Source: Candidatus Limnocylindrus sp. (lineage in GTDB: Bacteria > Chloroflexota > Limnocylindria > Limnocylindrales > Limnocylindraceae). From it: DNA of 64,000 nt. The stretch is taken from the NCBI GenBank assembly GCA_040397175.1, contig JBBAWM010000003.1:83599-147598 (forward strand), in the 5' to 3' direction. The translations under genes were made by a program, and so were the position numbers. Positions 10,096 through 18,892 of the stretch are shown here, one piece after another; within the stretch, counting starts at the first letter, position 1; each line of letters opens with the position of its first letter. The notes under the pieces are model-generated. The model saw only the letters and a list, made by a program, of their open reading frames with translations, was not told the origin of the DNA and searched no databases.

Positions 10096-10449
10096 ATGCC
10101 GATTGCCGTCGTCGCCTTCCTCACCTACGCCCTCCTCCTGCTCGCAGGGCTCGGACTCACGCTCGGCAAGATCGTGGAGCAGGCAACCGCCGCCCCCGTC
10201 ACCCTCCAAGGCGTGGTCTGGATGGCGCTCATCGCGGCCTGCATCTTCACCATTACCCTCGTCTGGCAGCGCAAGGAGGCTGGGCGCGGATTCGCGGTGG
10301 GCCTCAGCACCATGTTGATCCCTGCTGGCCCACTGATCGCCCTCACCCTGGGGAACTGGCTCCCTGGCCTCCCCCCGGTCGCCCTCGCCCTTCTCTTGAT
10401 TCGGGGCTTACGCGGCGCCCCTGCCCGCGCCTGGCTGAACGAACAGTGA
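10096..10449 (+). CDS. Small membrane protein (hypothetical)
   Basis: The track ORF 9964.. overlaps the tRNA; the first Met after the tRNA (MPIAVVAFLTY…) gives a 117-aa protein with 3 TM helices. Confidence 0.5.
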   Translation: MPIAVVAFLTYALLLLAGLGLTLGKIVEQATAAPVTLQGVVWMALIAACIFTITLVWQRKEAGRGFAVGLSTMLIPAGPLIALTLGNWLPGLPPVALALLLIRGLRGAPARAWLNEQ

Positions 10450-11330
10450 GCTCCGCTCCGATTCGCCGGGTCGGCGATCGCGACCGCCGGCCAGACCTTG
10501 CGCTCGCGGGGACCTTCAGCTCTCCACTCGACGTGCACCTGCACACCCTCCTCTCCCCCGACTCCGAGGTGCCGCTCGACGTCTATCCCGCCCTGGCGAT
10601 TGCCTTGGGGATGCAACGCATTGCCCTTACCGACCACCTCGACTTTGACCCGCGCGAGGAGGGGGCGACCCTCGCCCCACATCGCCAGCGCGTCGAGGCG
10701 GTCGAGGCGCTGCGCCGAGAGTTTGGAGATCAGCTGGAGATCCTACTCGGCGTGGAGATCTCGTATGAGCGGCAATACGAGGCGGAGATCCGCGAACACC
10801 TGCGCACCACCCAGTACGACCTGACCATCTGCAGCGTGCACCCAGGAATCGACTCGCCCTTCAAGCGTTCGCTCGCGGCGAACTGGGCCGGACATGACGT
10901 GCACGAAACAGCCCCGTATTTTGCCGAGGTGCAGGCGGGGATTCAGAGTGGACTCTTCGACATCGTGGGGCACATGGACTACGTACGGAAATATGTGCAC
11001 CCACATATCGACACACCCGCATTCGAGGCGGCACCTGACCTGTACGAGCCCGTACTGAAGGCGCTCATCGAAACTGGGACCGCCTTAGAGATCAACTCGT
11101 CAGGGTGGCGCCAGCGAACTGGAATTCCGTATCCACTCCCACAAGCGGTGCATCGCTACCGCGAACTTGGCGGCGAGTACATCGTGACCGGCTCCGACGC
11201 CCACCAGCCAGAGTGGTTTGCGATGAACTTTGATCGCGCACGAGACTTGCTTCTTGATGCAGGCTTTGAAGAGCTGGCAACGAAGCGATGGAAGTCCGCG
11301 GGTGAGCAGTGGCCAATTCCAGCGCGCTAA
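10446..11330 (+). CDS. PHP-family histidinol-phosphatase (HisJ/HisK-type)
   Basis: DVHLHT…SPDS N-terminal PHP motif, internal HxH and GSDAH metal-binding motifs. Confidence 0.75.
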   Translation: MSSAPIRRVGDRDRRPDLALAGTFSSPLDVHLHTLLSPDSEVPLDVYPALAIALGMQRIALTDHLDFDPREEGATLAPHRQRVEAVEALRREFGDQLEILLGVEISYERQYEAEIREHLRTTQYDLTICSVHPGIDSPFKRSLAANWAGHDVHETAPYFAEVQAGIQSGLFDIVGHMDYVRKYVHPHIDTPAFEAAPDLYEPVLKALIETGTALEINSSGWRQRTGIPYPLPQAVHRYRELGGEYIVTGSDAHQPEWFAMNFDRARDLLLDAGFEELATKRWKSAGEQWPIPAR

Positions 11331-12145
11331 CGCTCACGGTCCTCGGTTCGGCCGGCGCGTATCGCACGCATGATGGATCTCGCGCGTCTGGATACCTCGT
11401 GCAGCACGGGCTGACCACGCTCCTTCTTGACCTGGGGCATGGTGCCTACGCGCCGCTCGCTGCGCACCTTGGCATCAACGGGTTGCCACAGATAAGCGCC
11501 GTAGCAATTTCACATCTGCATCCCGACCACTGGGCTGACCTCGCCGCGCTGCGACACGCCCTGGTGCATGGCAACAAGATGGGGAGCGACGCGCGTAGCG
11601 TTTCCGTGATCGGTCCGAGTGGCCTTGCACCACGAATCGCAACGCTGCTTGATGCTCGCACGCCCGAGGAGCAGGCTGCCGGGACCTACGAGGCCGCGCA
11701 GCCATTTGCCTTTTCGACGTGGCGGCTTGAGTTGGCGTTGCCTCCACTGGGTGGCGGACGCGTTGTCACCGTTGGCGATCTTACGCTACAGAGTGCGCGT
11801 GTACGCCACACTGGCGAGTCGTATGCGCTGCGAGTCGCCGTCGGCGACCAGCCCGGGCTGACCTACTCAGGAGATGTGTCGCATTGGGAGGATCTTGCGG
11901 CGATCGTGCAACGTGGTGACACGCTGCTCTGTGAAGCGGCAGGTGGCGCAGCGACGTGGGAAGAAGGCGACACACACATCACGGCGAACGGAGCGGGAAA
12001 GGCTGCGACATCGGCTGGCGCTGCGAGGCTGCTTCTCACACACTTCGGCGCCGAGGTTGATCCGGTCGACGCCTTGCGCGCCGCTGCGATTGAGTTTGCT
12101 GGCGAGATCGTCGCGGTACGCGAAGGAGATCGTTTCGAGCTGTAG
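11309..12145 (+). CDS. MBL-fold metallo-hydrolase
   Basis: SHLHPDHW (HxHxDH) zinc-binding motif. Confidence 0.7.
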   Translation: MANSSALTLTVLGSAGAYRTHDGSRASGYLVQHGLTTLLLDLGHGAYAPLAAHLGINGLPQISAVAISHLHPDHWADLAALRHALVHGNKMGSDARSVSVIGPSGLAPRIATLLDARTPEEQAAGTYEAAQPFAFSTWRLELALPPLGGGRVVTVGDLTLQSARVRHTGESYALRVAVGDQPGLTYSGDVSHWEDLAAIVQRGDTLLCEAAGGAATWEEGDTHITANGAGKAATSAGAARLLLTHFGAEVDPVDALRAAAIEFAGEIVAVREGDRFEL

Positions 12146-12155
12146 GGTGCGGCGA

Positions 12156-12674
12156 TCAGTCTGGTGGCAAGGTGGGATCGGTAGCGGCAAACCCACGCTC
12201 TACCGCAAGGGCCAAGCCGCCACGCTGGTCAATCAGCACATACGCCCGAATCACATCCGTCGCATCACCTGCCGGAATCTCCATTGATGGGCGAATGTCG
12301 TCTGTGACGATGAGCCAGAAGGTCCCCGACAGTCCTGGGGCATCGGTGCCGCCACTGCTCAGGGTGATGAGTCGTACCCGCGGCGTTGCGCCAACCGGCG
12401 CATCGGCCAAACGGGCTGCGCGGACGGCGCTCTGCGGTGAGATGCCCGCCAGGATGGTGTCGGCGCTCACCGCCTCCCAGCCGGCGGGGAGCGGTAAGTC
12501 AAGGGCGCGAATGCGATCCGCCTGCGTGCGAAGAAGAAGGGCGCCTACCAGGAAGGTGGCAAAGAGGAGGAGCCCGACGCGCGCAATCTGCCCCCGGGTG
12601 ACTGGGGTCGCTAGCACTGCCCCCTCGGGTGGGCGAGTTGGCGGGGTGCCTGCTGGAGCCGACTCAGATGTCAT
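12156..12674 (-). CDS. Membrane-anchored hypothetical protein
   Basis: The track ORF (to 13067) would overlap argS. Internal Met132 (MTSESAPAG…) gives a 172-aa protein with one TM helix and avoids the overlap. Confidence 0.5.
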   Translation of the reverse strand: MTSESAPAGTPPTRPPEGAVLATPVTRGQIARVGLLLFATFLVGALLLRTQADRIRALDLPLPAGWEAVSADTILAGISPQSAVRAARLADAPVGATPRVRLITLSSGGTDAPGLSGTFWLIVTDDIRPSMEIPAGDATDVIRAYVLIDQRGGLALAVERGFAATDPTLPPD

Positions 12675-12712
12675 GCCGCCATCGTGCCAGAGTTCGCGGC
12701 TACGATTCAGCC

Positions 12713-14542
12713 ATGAGCACATCGCCCGCACCAACCACTCGTTCCGCAGCGCTGCCGCGCGACCCCCTGCTCGGGCTCCCGCTCCGCCATATCGTGCGCG
12801 ATGCGGTGGCGCGTGCCCTGCGCCGAGCAGTCGCGAACGGCGCCCTTCCAGCCCCCGAAGAGACCGCCGCGCTGGATGCGCTCGTCGCTGGCATTGAGGT
12901 CGAGATCCCTGGAAATCGCGATCACGGCGACTACGCCTCCAACATCGCCATGAAGGGGAGCAAGGTCCTAAGGCGCGCCCCCGCACAGATCGCCGCCGCC
13001 ATCGCGGCAGAGCTCTCCGCCGAAGCGTCGGAGCGAATGCACGGCGGGAGTGGTGCACTCGGGCCAATCGCGCACGCCGAAGTTGCCGGGCCTGGCTTCT
13101 TGAACCTGCAACTCCGCGCTGGGCTGCTCGCCGATCATCTCGATGCGATCGTCACATCGCCGCTCGCGTGGGGTCACCTTGCTGTTGCCGCAGGTACGCC
13201 GGTATATCGCGTCAACATTGAGTTTGTCAGCGCAAACCCAACCGGCCCGCTGACTGTTGGTAACGCGCGCGGCGCATTCGTCGGCGACCTGCTGTCGCGC
13301 GTCCTTGAGGCGGCGGGGCAGAGCGTTACTCGCGAGTACTACTTCAATGACTTCGGTGAACAGGTTCGACGACTCGGCGAGAGCGTTATCGCCCTGCGCG
13401 CCGGAGTCGCGGTTGCCGAGAACGGCTACAAGGGCGAATACGTTGGCGAGCTTGCGGCGCTCATTCCGCCTGACATTGCAGCGCGTGCTGCCGCTGCGCC
13501 AAAGCGAAGCGGCGAGATTGATGCCGAAGGGTATGACGGAACCATTGCTGATGACGACGTCGCCGTCATTGGGCGGTGGGCATCAGAGCGTATTCGCGCT
13601 GGCATCGAATCGTCGCTGGCGGTCCTCGGTGTCGAGTTCGATGTATGGCGTTCTGAGGGATCGCTCTACACCGAAGGCTTTGTAGATCGCGCAATTGGCA
13701 AACTACGTGAGGGAAAATGGCTCGAGGAGCGAGAGGGTGCGCTCTGGTTTAAGAGCACCGCGTTCGGCGACGACAAGGACCGCGTGATTCGCAAGTCGAG
13801 TGGCGCATACACCTACTTCGGTTCAGACATTGGCTACATCGTGGAGAAGTTTTCGCGCGGTCATGACCGCGTTGTTTACGTGTGGGGGCAAGATCATCAC
13901 GGCACCGTTGCGCGACTGCGCAACGCCGGCGAGGCGCTCGGCTTCAACAAGGAGTCGATCGAGATGCTGCTCGTTGCGTGGGTGCGATTCGTTCGTGATG
14001 GGGTAGAGATGAGCATGTCGAAGCGCGCTGGAACATTTATCACACTCGACGAGCTCCTGGAAGAGATTGGTGTGGATTCTGCGCGCTGGTACTTCGCTTC
14101 GCGCAGCGCGACGACAGCGATCGATTTTGATATTGAGGCGGCGAAGGCGAAGAACAGTGATAACCCTGTCTACTACGCGCAGTACGCACATGCACGCATG
14201 CGCTCCATTCTGCGTAAGGCGGCCGCTGAGTCGCTCATGCCGGCGATGGCAATCGGGAGTCTGCTTGATGACCACACCTCACCAGAGGCAAAACTGGCGC
14301 GCGTGATCGTGCGCCTCCCTGAGGTCGTCGAGGATTCCGCCACGCATCACGAGACGCAGGGGGTGACGACCTATGCGACAGAGCTTGCCACTGCCTTCTC
14401 TGCCTTCTACCGCGACGCGAAGGTGGTTGACGCCTCGGTGCCCGAGCGCTCTGCCGGCCGACTGCGCCTTGTAGCGGCAGCAGCGGCGAGCCTCTCCGCC
14501 GCGCTCCGCCTGCTCGGCATCTCCGCCCCCGAGGAGATGTAG
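12713..14542 (+). CDS. argS: Arginine--tRNA ligase
   Basis: Class I motifs (NPTGPLTVGNARGA HIGH-equivalent; MSMSKRAG KMSK-equivalent) and C-terminal anticodon-binding region. Start taken at Met29 of the track ORF. Confidence 0.9.
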   Translation: MSTSPAPTTRSAALPRDPLLGLPLRHIVRDAVARALRRAVANGALPAPEETAALDALVAGIEVEIPGNRDHGDYASNIAMKGSKVLRRAPAQIAAAIAAELSAEASERMHGGSGALGPIAHAEVAGPGFLNLQLRAGLLADHLDAIVTSPLAWGHLAVAAGTPVYRVNIEFVSANPTGPLTVGNARGAFVGDLLSRVLEAAGQSVTREYYFNDFGEQVRRLGESVIALRAGVAVAENGYKGEYVGELAALIPPDIAARAAAAPKRSGEIDAEGYDGTIADDDVAVIGRWASERIRAGIESSLAVLGVEFDVWRSEGSLYTEGFVDRAIGKLREGKWLEEREGALWFKSTAFGDDKDRVIRKSSGAYTYFGSDIGYIVEKFSRGHDRVVYVWGQDHHGTVARLRNAGEALGFNKESIEMLLVAWVRFVRDGVEMSMSKRAGTFITLDELLEEIGVDSARWYFASRSATTAIDFDIEAAKAKNSDNPVYYAQYAHARMRSILRKAAAESLMPAMAIGSLLDDHTSPEAKLARVIVRLPEVVEDSATHHETQGVTTYATELATAFSAFYRDAKVVDASVPERSAGRLRLVAAAAASLSAALRLLGISAPEEM

Positions 14543-14563
14543 CGAAAGTCTGGCGGGCCGGTG

Positions 14564-14583
14564 CCCCTGCGTGGGGATTCATT
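14564..14583 (+). terminator. Weak hairpin plus T-containing tail just after argS stop
   Basis: cccctgcgtgggg stem-loop followed by attcatt. Confidence 0.25.
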
Positions 14584-14775
14584 ACGAACTCTTTACCCGA
14601 TCCCACCTTCCAGATTCACCTAGCGGGCAGATGATGAGTTTCGGCTCACTGGACCTCCCTCCCGTGATCCGACCTCCAAGCCAGGAGGGTCGACGGGCAT
14701 TGGCCCTCCTGGCATACCTCCCCTCCAATCCACCACGATGCGACGGCGTGCCGCGGCGCGTGGGAGAATAGGGGC

Positions 14776-15501
14776 ATGGAACTCACGTATTACGGTCGCA
14801 CCTGTGTCCGCATCCGCAGCCGGGAGGCGACCATCGCCTACGACCCGTACACCTCAATCGTGGGACCAACCGGGCGCGGCATGAGCGCCGATATCGTGAC
14901 CCTGAGCCACCCCGACGACGCCCCACTTTCGCGCGTGAAGGGGCGACTCGCCCCGCGCGATAACCGCACTCCCATCGCTACGAGCCTCGACAGCGCCGTG
15001 ATCCTTGAGGGGCCAGGCGAGTACGAGGTGAAGTCGGTGCTGATCACCGGCATCCGCAGCTACCGCGACGAACATCGCGGCCCTGCCGCACGCCACAACA
15101 CCGTCTTCGCCGCCGAACTCGACGGCATGCACGTCGTGCACCTCGGTGATTACGCCGATGGGCTCACCGCCGAGCAGATCGGCGAGTTGCCAGGTTGCGA
15201 CATTGTCCTCGTCCCCGTGGGTGGCGAACTCTCCCCGCAAGCCGCATCGCGCCTCATCAGCCAGATGGAGCCGAAGATCGTGATCCCGATGTCTATGGTC
15301 GACGACGCGACTAAGGCTGCCGCAGCGATCAAGGCATTCTGCAAGGAGCAGGGCCTGGCAACACCGCCACCCGCACAGCAGAAGCTCGCCATCACCATCT
15401 CTGCGCTCCCAGAAGAGACGACGACCGTCATCATCGAGGCGCGTGTTGAAGGGCTCGGCGGTGCTGAGACAGCGGCCAGTGGAACGCTCGGCCTCGGCTG
15501 A
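14776..15501 (+). CDS. MBL-fold metal-dependent hydrolase (UlaG-like beta-lactamase superfamily)
   Basis: 241 aa with histidine-rich metal-binding segments (HPDD…HVVHLGDY). Confidence 0.65.
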   Translation: MELTYYGRTCVRIRSREATIAYDPYTSIVGPTGRGMSADIVTLSHPDDAPLSRVKGRLAPRDNRTPIATSLDSAVILEGPGEYEVKSVLITGIRSYRDEHRGPAARHNTVFAAELDGMHVVHLGDYADGLTAEQIGELPGCDIVLVPVGGELSPQAASRLISQMEPKIVIPMSMVDDATKAAAAIKAFCKEQGLATPPPAQQKLAITISALPEETTTVIIEARVEGLGGAETAASGTLGLG

Positions 15502-15546
15502 TTCCCGCGACAGACTGTTGGCACAGTCAACTGCTCTACTCCCTCT

Positions 15547-15756
15547 ATGAGTGACCTTCGCTGCATCACCTGCAAGCGCGACATCGCCCCCGGCGAGCCG
15601 ACGTACGAGATTCGAACCTTCCTTGATCCCCTCCCGCCCGGCGGTGTCGCCTGCTCAGAGAAGTGTCAGGAGCGCAAAGAGGACGAGAGCAAGCAGCGCG
15701 CGATGCTCTGGTACCAATCACCGATGAACCCTTTTGGAGGTGGCAAAGATGAGTGA
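15547..15756 (+). CDS. Small CxxC…CxxxC protein (hypothetical zinc-binding)
   Basis: 69 aa, CITCKRD…CSEKCQ. Confidence 0.4.
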   Translation: MSDLRCITCKRDIAPGEPTYEIRTFLDPLPPGGVACSEKCQERKEDESKQRAMLWYQSPMNPFGGGKDE

Positions 15757-15976
15757 TGGCGACATTGGTGGCGATGGCGGCGGCGACGGAGGCAGCGACG
15801 GCGGTGTGTTCGACCTAAACAACAATGGCACTTCAGTTGACGAGTTCATTCTCTTTGCTGCGATCACTGACAATGACGGGTCACCGCGACCGTCACGTGG
15901 CCCGGCGAAACGTTCTGGCTGCCTACTTCCAGCTGTAGCAATCGCGATCTTCGCTCTTGCGCTCCTAGCGATCTAG
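15749..15976 (+). CDS. Small Gly/Asp-rich protein with C-terminal TM helix (hypothetical)
   Basis: MSDGDIGGDGGGDGGSDGG… then LLPAVAIAIFALALLAI. Confidence 0.35.
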   Translation: MSDGDIGGDGGGDGGSDGGVFDLNNNGTSVDEFILFAAITDNDGSPRPSRGPAKRSGCLLPAVAIAIFALALLAI

Positions 15977-16915
15977 AACGACGCGCTCCCAGCCGCCGCT
16001 AATCTGCAGCGCTGCTGGGTTGCCGCCCGCATGCAGCGCACGTTGAGGGAGTAGCCCAACAACCTCTGTTTCGCCAATCTCAGCGCCGCGACTACTCGCT
16101 GCAACATGAATACGTTCACGAATCGCATGCAACGTATCACCACGATCGGTAGCCTCAAGAAGGTCGTGCAGGTTCATCGACACTTGTGCGATCCCTTTGC
16201 TTGCAAGTGGGAAGCCGAGTGCCTGCAGCCCGCGCACGCCACCAGCTGTTGCCCCGCGGATCTCTCGTGCAATCTCTTTTGTAATCACGAGAAGCGTGTC
16301 GGCATCAGCGCCAGTCAGCGCAATGTTCCACGCCGCCATCAGCGTGCGCGCCCCAACGGCGGTTGCGCCTGCGGTTGGATGTGGCTCACGTGGACCGAAG
16401 TCTGGTGCGCCACCATCCGCCGCCTGGTGCGCCGCGAGCTGCTCAAATCCGCCGCGCCGCAACGTTGGAAGTGAGCGACGATCTTCATTGCGCGCTGCCG
16501 CGCCGTAGAGGTGCACTGGAATGCTCAGCGTGTTCGCGAGCGCAGTGCCAGCCACGCGGGCAATCTCGGCGGCCTGCTCGAGTGTTGCTGATGGTGAGAT
16601 CGGCACAACCGGCACAACATCAAGCGCGCCGATGCGTGGGTGCACGCCGCGATCCTCTCCTGATTTTGCTGGGCTCGAGAGATCAATTGAAGCGACGGCG
16701 ACGCGTGCGAGAGCGAGGGTTGCCGCCACAAGTTCAACGCCGCCGGCGCCGACATACGTGAACACGCTCCGATCGTGATCGACATCGGAGTGCACGTCGC
16801 GGAGCGTTACGCCGGAAACCGCGCGAATTGCCGCAGCCGCCCGCTGCAAGATTTCAGTGTCACGCCCCTCGCTGATGTTGGCAACGATTTCGAAGTTCGC
16901 GTTGGTGGTGGCCAT
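15965..16915 (-). CDS. ftcD: Glutamate formimidoyltransferase (FtcD formiminotransferase domain, stand-alone)
   Basis: FEIVANISEGRD matches the formiminotransferase N-terminal signature (…VPNFSEGR…). 316 aa. Confidence 0.8.
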   Translation of the reverse strand: MATTNANFEIVANISEGRDTEILQRAAAAIRAVSGVTLRDVHSDVDHDRSVFTYVGAGGVELVAATLALARVAVASIDLSSPAKSGEDRGVHPRIGALDVVPVVPISPSATLEQAAEIARVAGTALANTLSIPVHLYGAAARNEDRRSLPTLRRGGFEQLAAHQAADGGAPDFGPREPHPTAGATAVGARTLMAAWNIALTGADADTLLVITKEIAREIRGATAGGVRGLQALGFPLASKGIAQVSMNLHDLLEATDRGDTLHAIRERIHVAASSRGAEIGETEVVGLLPQRALHAGGNPAALQISGGWERVVLDR

Positions 16916-17673
16916 TAGTCAAGCGTACGGCGCATCACTGGCCAGCGGCCATCGGGGCCTGTCGCGGCAACGGTGAAGCCGAGGCGCTCCCAGAAGCGCT
17001 GCGTGGCAGCAGGGGTGTGCTCTGGGTCGTCGACGTCAGATGGCTCTTCTGGGTAGGCCTCAGCGGCGGCGAAGCCGGCGGTGCCGAGTCGAGCGAGCAC
17101 GCCAGCCACGAGCGCGCTGCCAAGCGCACTCCCACGCGCCGCGGGTACTACCGAGATGCAGGTGATGATCGCTGGCGGTGGGCTGTCGGGAAGGTCGGGG
17201 TAGCGATCGCGCAATCGTTGCGCGCGCGGGAATGCGGAGAGTGGTCCCGCTTGGCAGTAGGCAGCGGGTTCGCCTTTCGCAAGCAGCACCCAGCCCATCG
17301 GCCCACTCACCGGAAGTTGCCGCGTCAGCAGGCGCAACTTCGGTGGTTGTCCGGGCGCAGCGGCGGCGTCACGCAACGCCTCTTCACGCGTTGGCGGCTC
17401 TGGAGCGAATGGATTAAAGGTTGGCGCCTGCTCGACATCGGCGCCAAGGAATGCGGCGAGGGCGCTCTTCCCCCCTGCCGGTGTGCTGGCGCGCGCCGCA
17501 GGGTTCGGTGCTGCGCCGCCGATAGCCGCCGCCTTGCTGCCACGATCCGCGTCCTCCCACCAGGTGCAGGTGGCGTGGTCGGCGCTTGCATTGGCGCAGG
17601 GCGGCACGAGCAGCAACTCATCGGCGCTCTCCACGCCGACCAGCTCGAACCCGTCACCGATGTCAATTCTCAT
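16915..17673 (-). CDS. GNAT-family N-acetyltransferase
   Basis: C-terminal GNAT motif A (RGSALGSALVAGVLARLGTAGF). Start uncertain: Met19 chosen, the track ORF starts at 17727. Confidence 0.55.
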   Translation of the reverse strand: MRIDIGDGFELVGVESADELLLVPPCANASADHATCTWWEDADRGSKAAAIGGAAPNPAARASTPAGGKSALAAFLGADVEQAPTFNPFAPEPPTREEALRDAAAAPGQPPKLRLLTRQLPVSGPMGWVLLAKGEPAAYCQAGPLSAFPRAQRLRDRYPDLPDSPPPAIITCISVVPAARGSALGSALVAGVLARLGTAGFAAAEAYPEEPSDVDDPEHTPAATQRFWERLGFTVAATGPDGRWPVMRRTLD

Positions 17674-17871
17674 CGTCTGGGATACTACGCCGCATGAGCG
17701 ATCACGCGTCTCCTGGGCACGGTTCACACGGCGAGGCCGAAGACGCCCCGCTGGGCGCCATCAACCTTGCTGCATGGGGGGCCGGTGCCCTTGGTGTCGC
17801 AATCGGCCTCCTGACGGCGGCCGTCATCGCGATCGCCGCAGGGGCCCTCTAGCCCAGCCCTTCGGTCGCCG

Positions 17872-18804
17872 TTAGCGGCGACGTACCGTTCGCTTCGTTG
17901 CCACCCCAACGCCCATCAGTCGGCGCAACAGCGCGAAGAGTGGCGTGATCGCCCGGCCCAGTAGGCCACCGGCGAGTGCGCCAACCAGTGCGATCGGCAA
18001 GGCCACGATGACGAGGTTGATCGCCGCAATGATCACCGTTCGGCCAACAGCGATCAGGTTTGCAACCGCGCGCGACACCTCTTTGCTAAGATCGAATCCA
18101 CTTGTTGCGTTGCCGATTGACGAACCGATCGGGCTGATCGTCACCGAGACCGTGGTCATGGCGACCTGATCGGCGAGGGATGCACGCTGCGCGTCGTACG
18201 ACTCAATGTCGCTGCGCACGGATGTGAGTTGTGTCTGCACTGCGAGGACATCCGAAACGGTCGTCGCTCGCGACATAAGTTCGAGAAGCGCCGTCTCTGA
18301 GGCGCGTAGATTGCGCAGTCGCGCCTCGAGGTCAACAAACTGCATCGTTACCTCGTACGTGCTGATCTGCTCCGAAAGAACGGTTCCTTCCGCTCGTAGC
18401 GCAAGCACCGCCGCGTCAAACGATGCGGCAGGAACTCGGAATGTCACGGTGAGGTACGGGGTTGACGTGTCGGTGTAGCGATAGCTGCCAGAGACGTATC
18501 CGCCCTGGCTCTTCACCACACCCGTGAGCTTGGTAAGGCTGGCATCGACATCCTCAACCTCGAGGCTAAAGGTCCCCGTACGAATCACATCAATACGGTC
18601 ACCAGTGATGGAGCCGTCGCTTGGGGCTGCGGTGGGCACACCTCCGGTATCCCCCTTTTCAATGGGGGCAGATGCGCCGCCACTGGCACCAAAAAAGAGG
18701 GCCCCAAACCCGCCGCTAGCGCTGAGGGCGAGCACGAGTGCAGCCACCACGCCGATCTTTGCGGGAGAACTAAACGTCGGGAGGGTGAGCGATCCGATCT
18801 TCAT
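17872..18804 (-). CDS. DUF4349-like membrane-anchored protein
   Basis: N-terminal signal/anchor, central coiled-coil-like region, and C-terminal TM helix (IIAAINLVIVALPIALVGALAGGLL). Confidence 0.55.
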   Translation of the reverse strand: MKIGSLTLPTFSSPAKIGVVAALVLALSASGGFGALFFGASGGASAPIEKGDTGGVPTAAPSDGSITGDRIDVIRTGTFSLEVEDVDASLTKLTGVVKSQGGYVSGSYRYTDTSTPYLTVTFRVPAASFDAAVLALRAEGTVLSEQISTYEVTMQFVDLEARLRNLRASETALLELMSRATTVSDVLAVQTQLTSVRSDIESYDAQRASLADQVAMTTVSVTISPIGSSIGNATSGFDLSKEVSRAVANLIAVGRTVIIAAINLVIVALPIALVGALAGGLLGRAITPLFALLRRLMGVGVATKRTVRRR

Positions 18805-18892
18805 GGGTGCACCTCAGCTTGGGCGTTCGCAGGGGGACGCCTCACCCCCTTAACGCTGGCTAATGGCGTGGGGTTCCTGGACACAGATCCGA

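Noticed and set aside
15590-15640. GGTTCGAATC-like T-loop sequence on the minus strand inside the small CxxC ORF
   Set aside because: Flanking sequence does not form a T-stem or acceptor stem; not a tRNA.
17694-17852. 52-aa hydrophobic peptide ORF between GNAT and DUF4349 genes
   Set aside because: Overlaps the possible N-terminal extension of the GNAT gene on the other strand. Too short and compositionally ambiguous to call.
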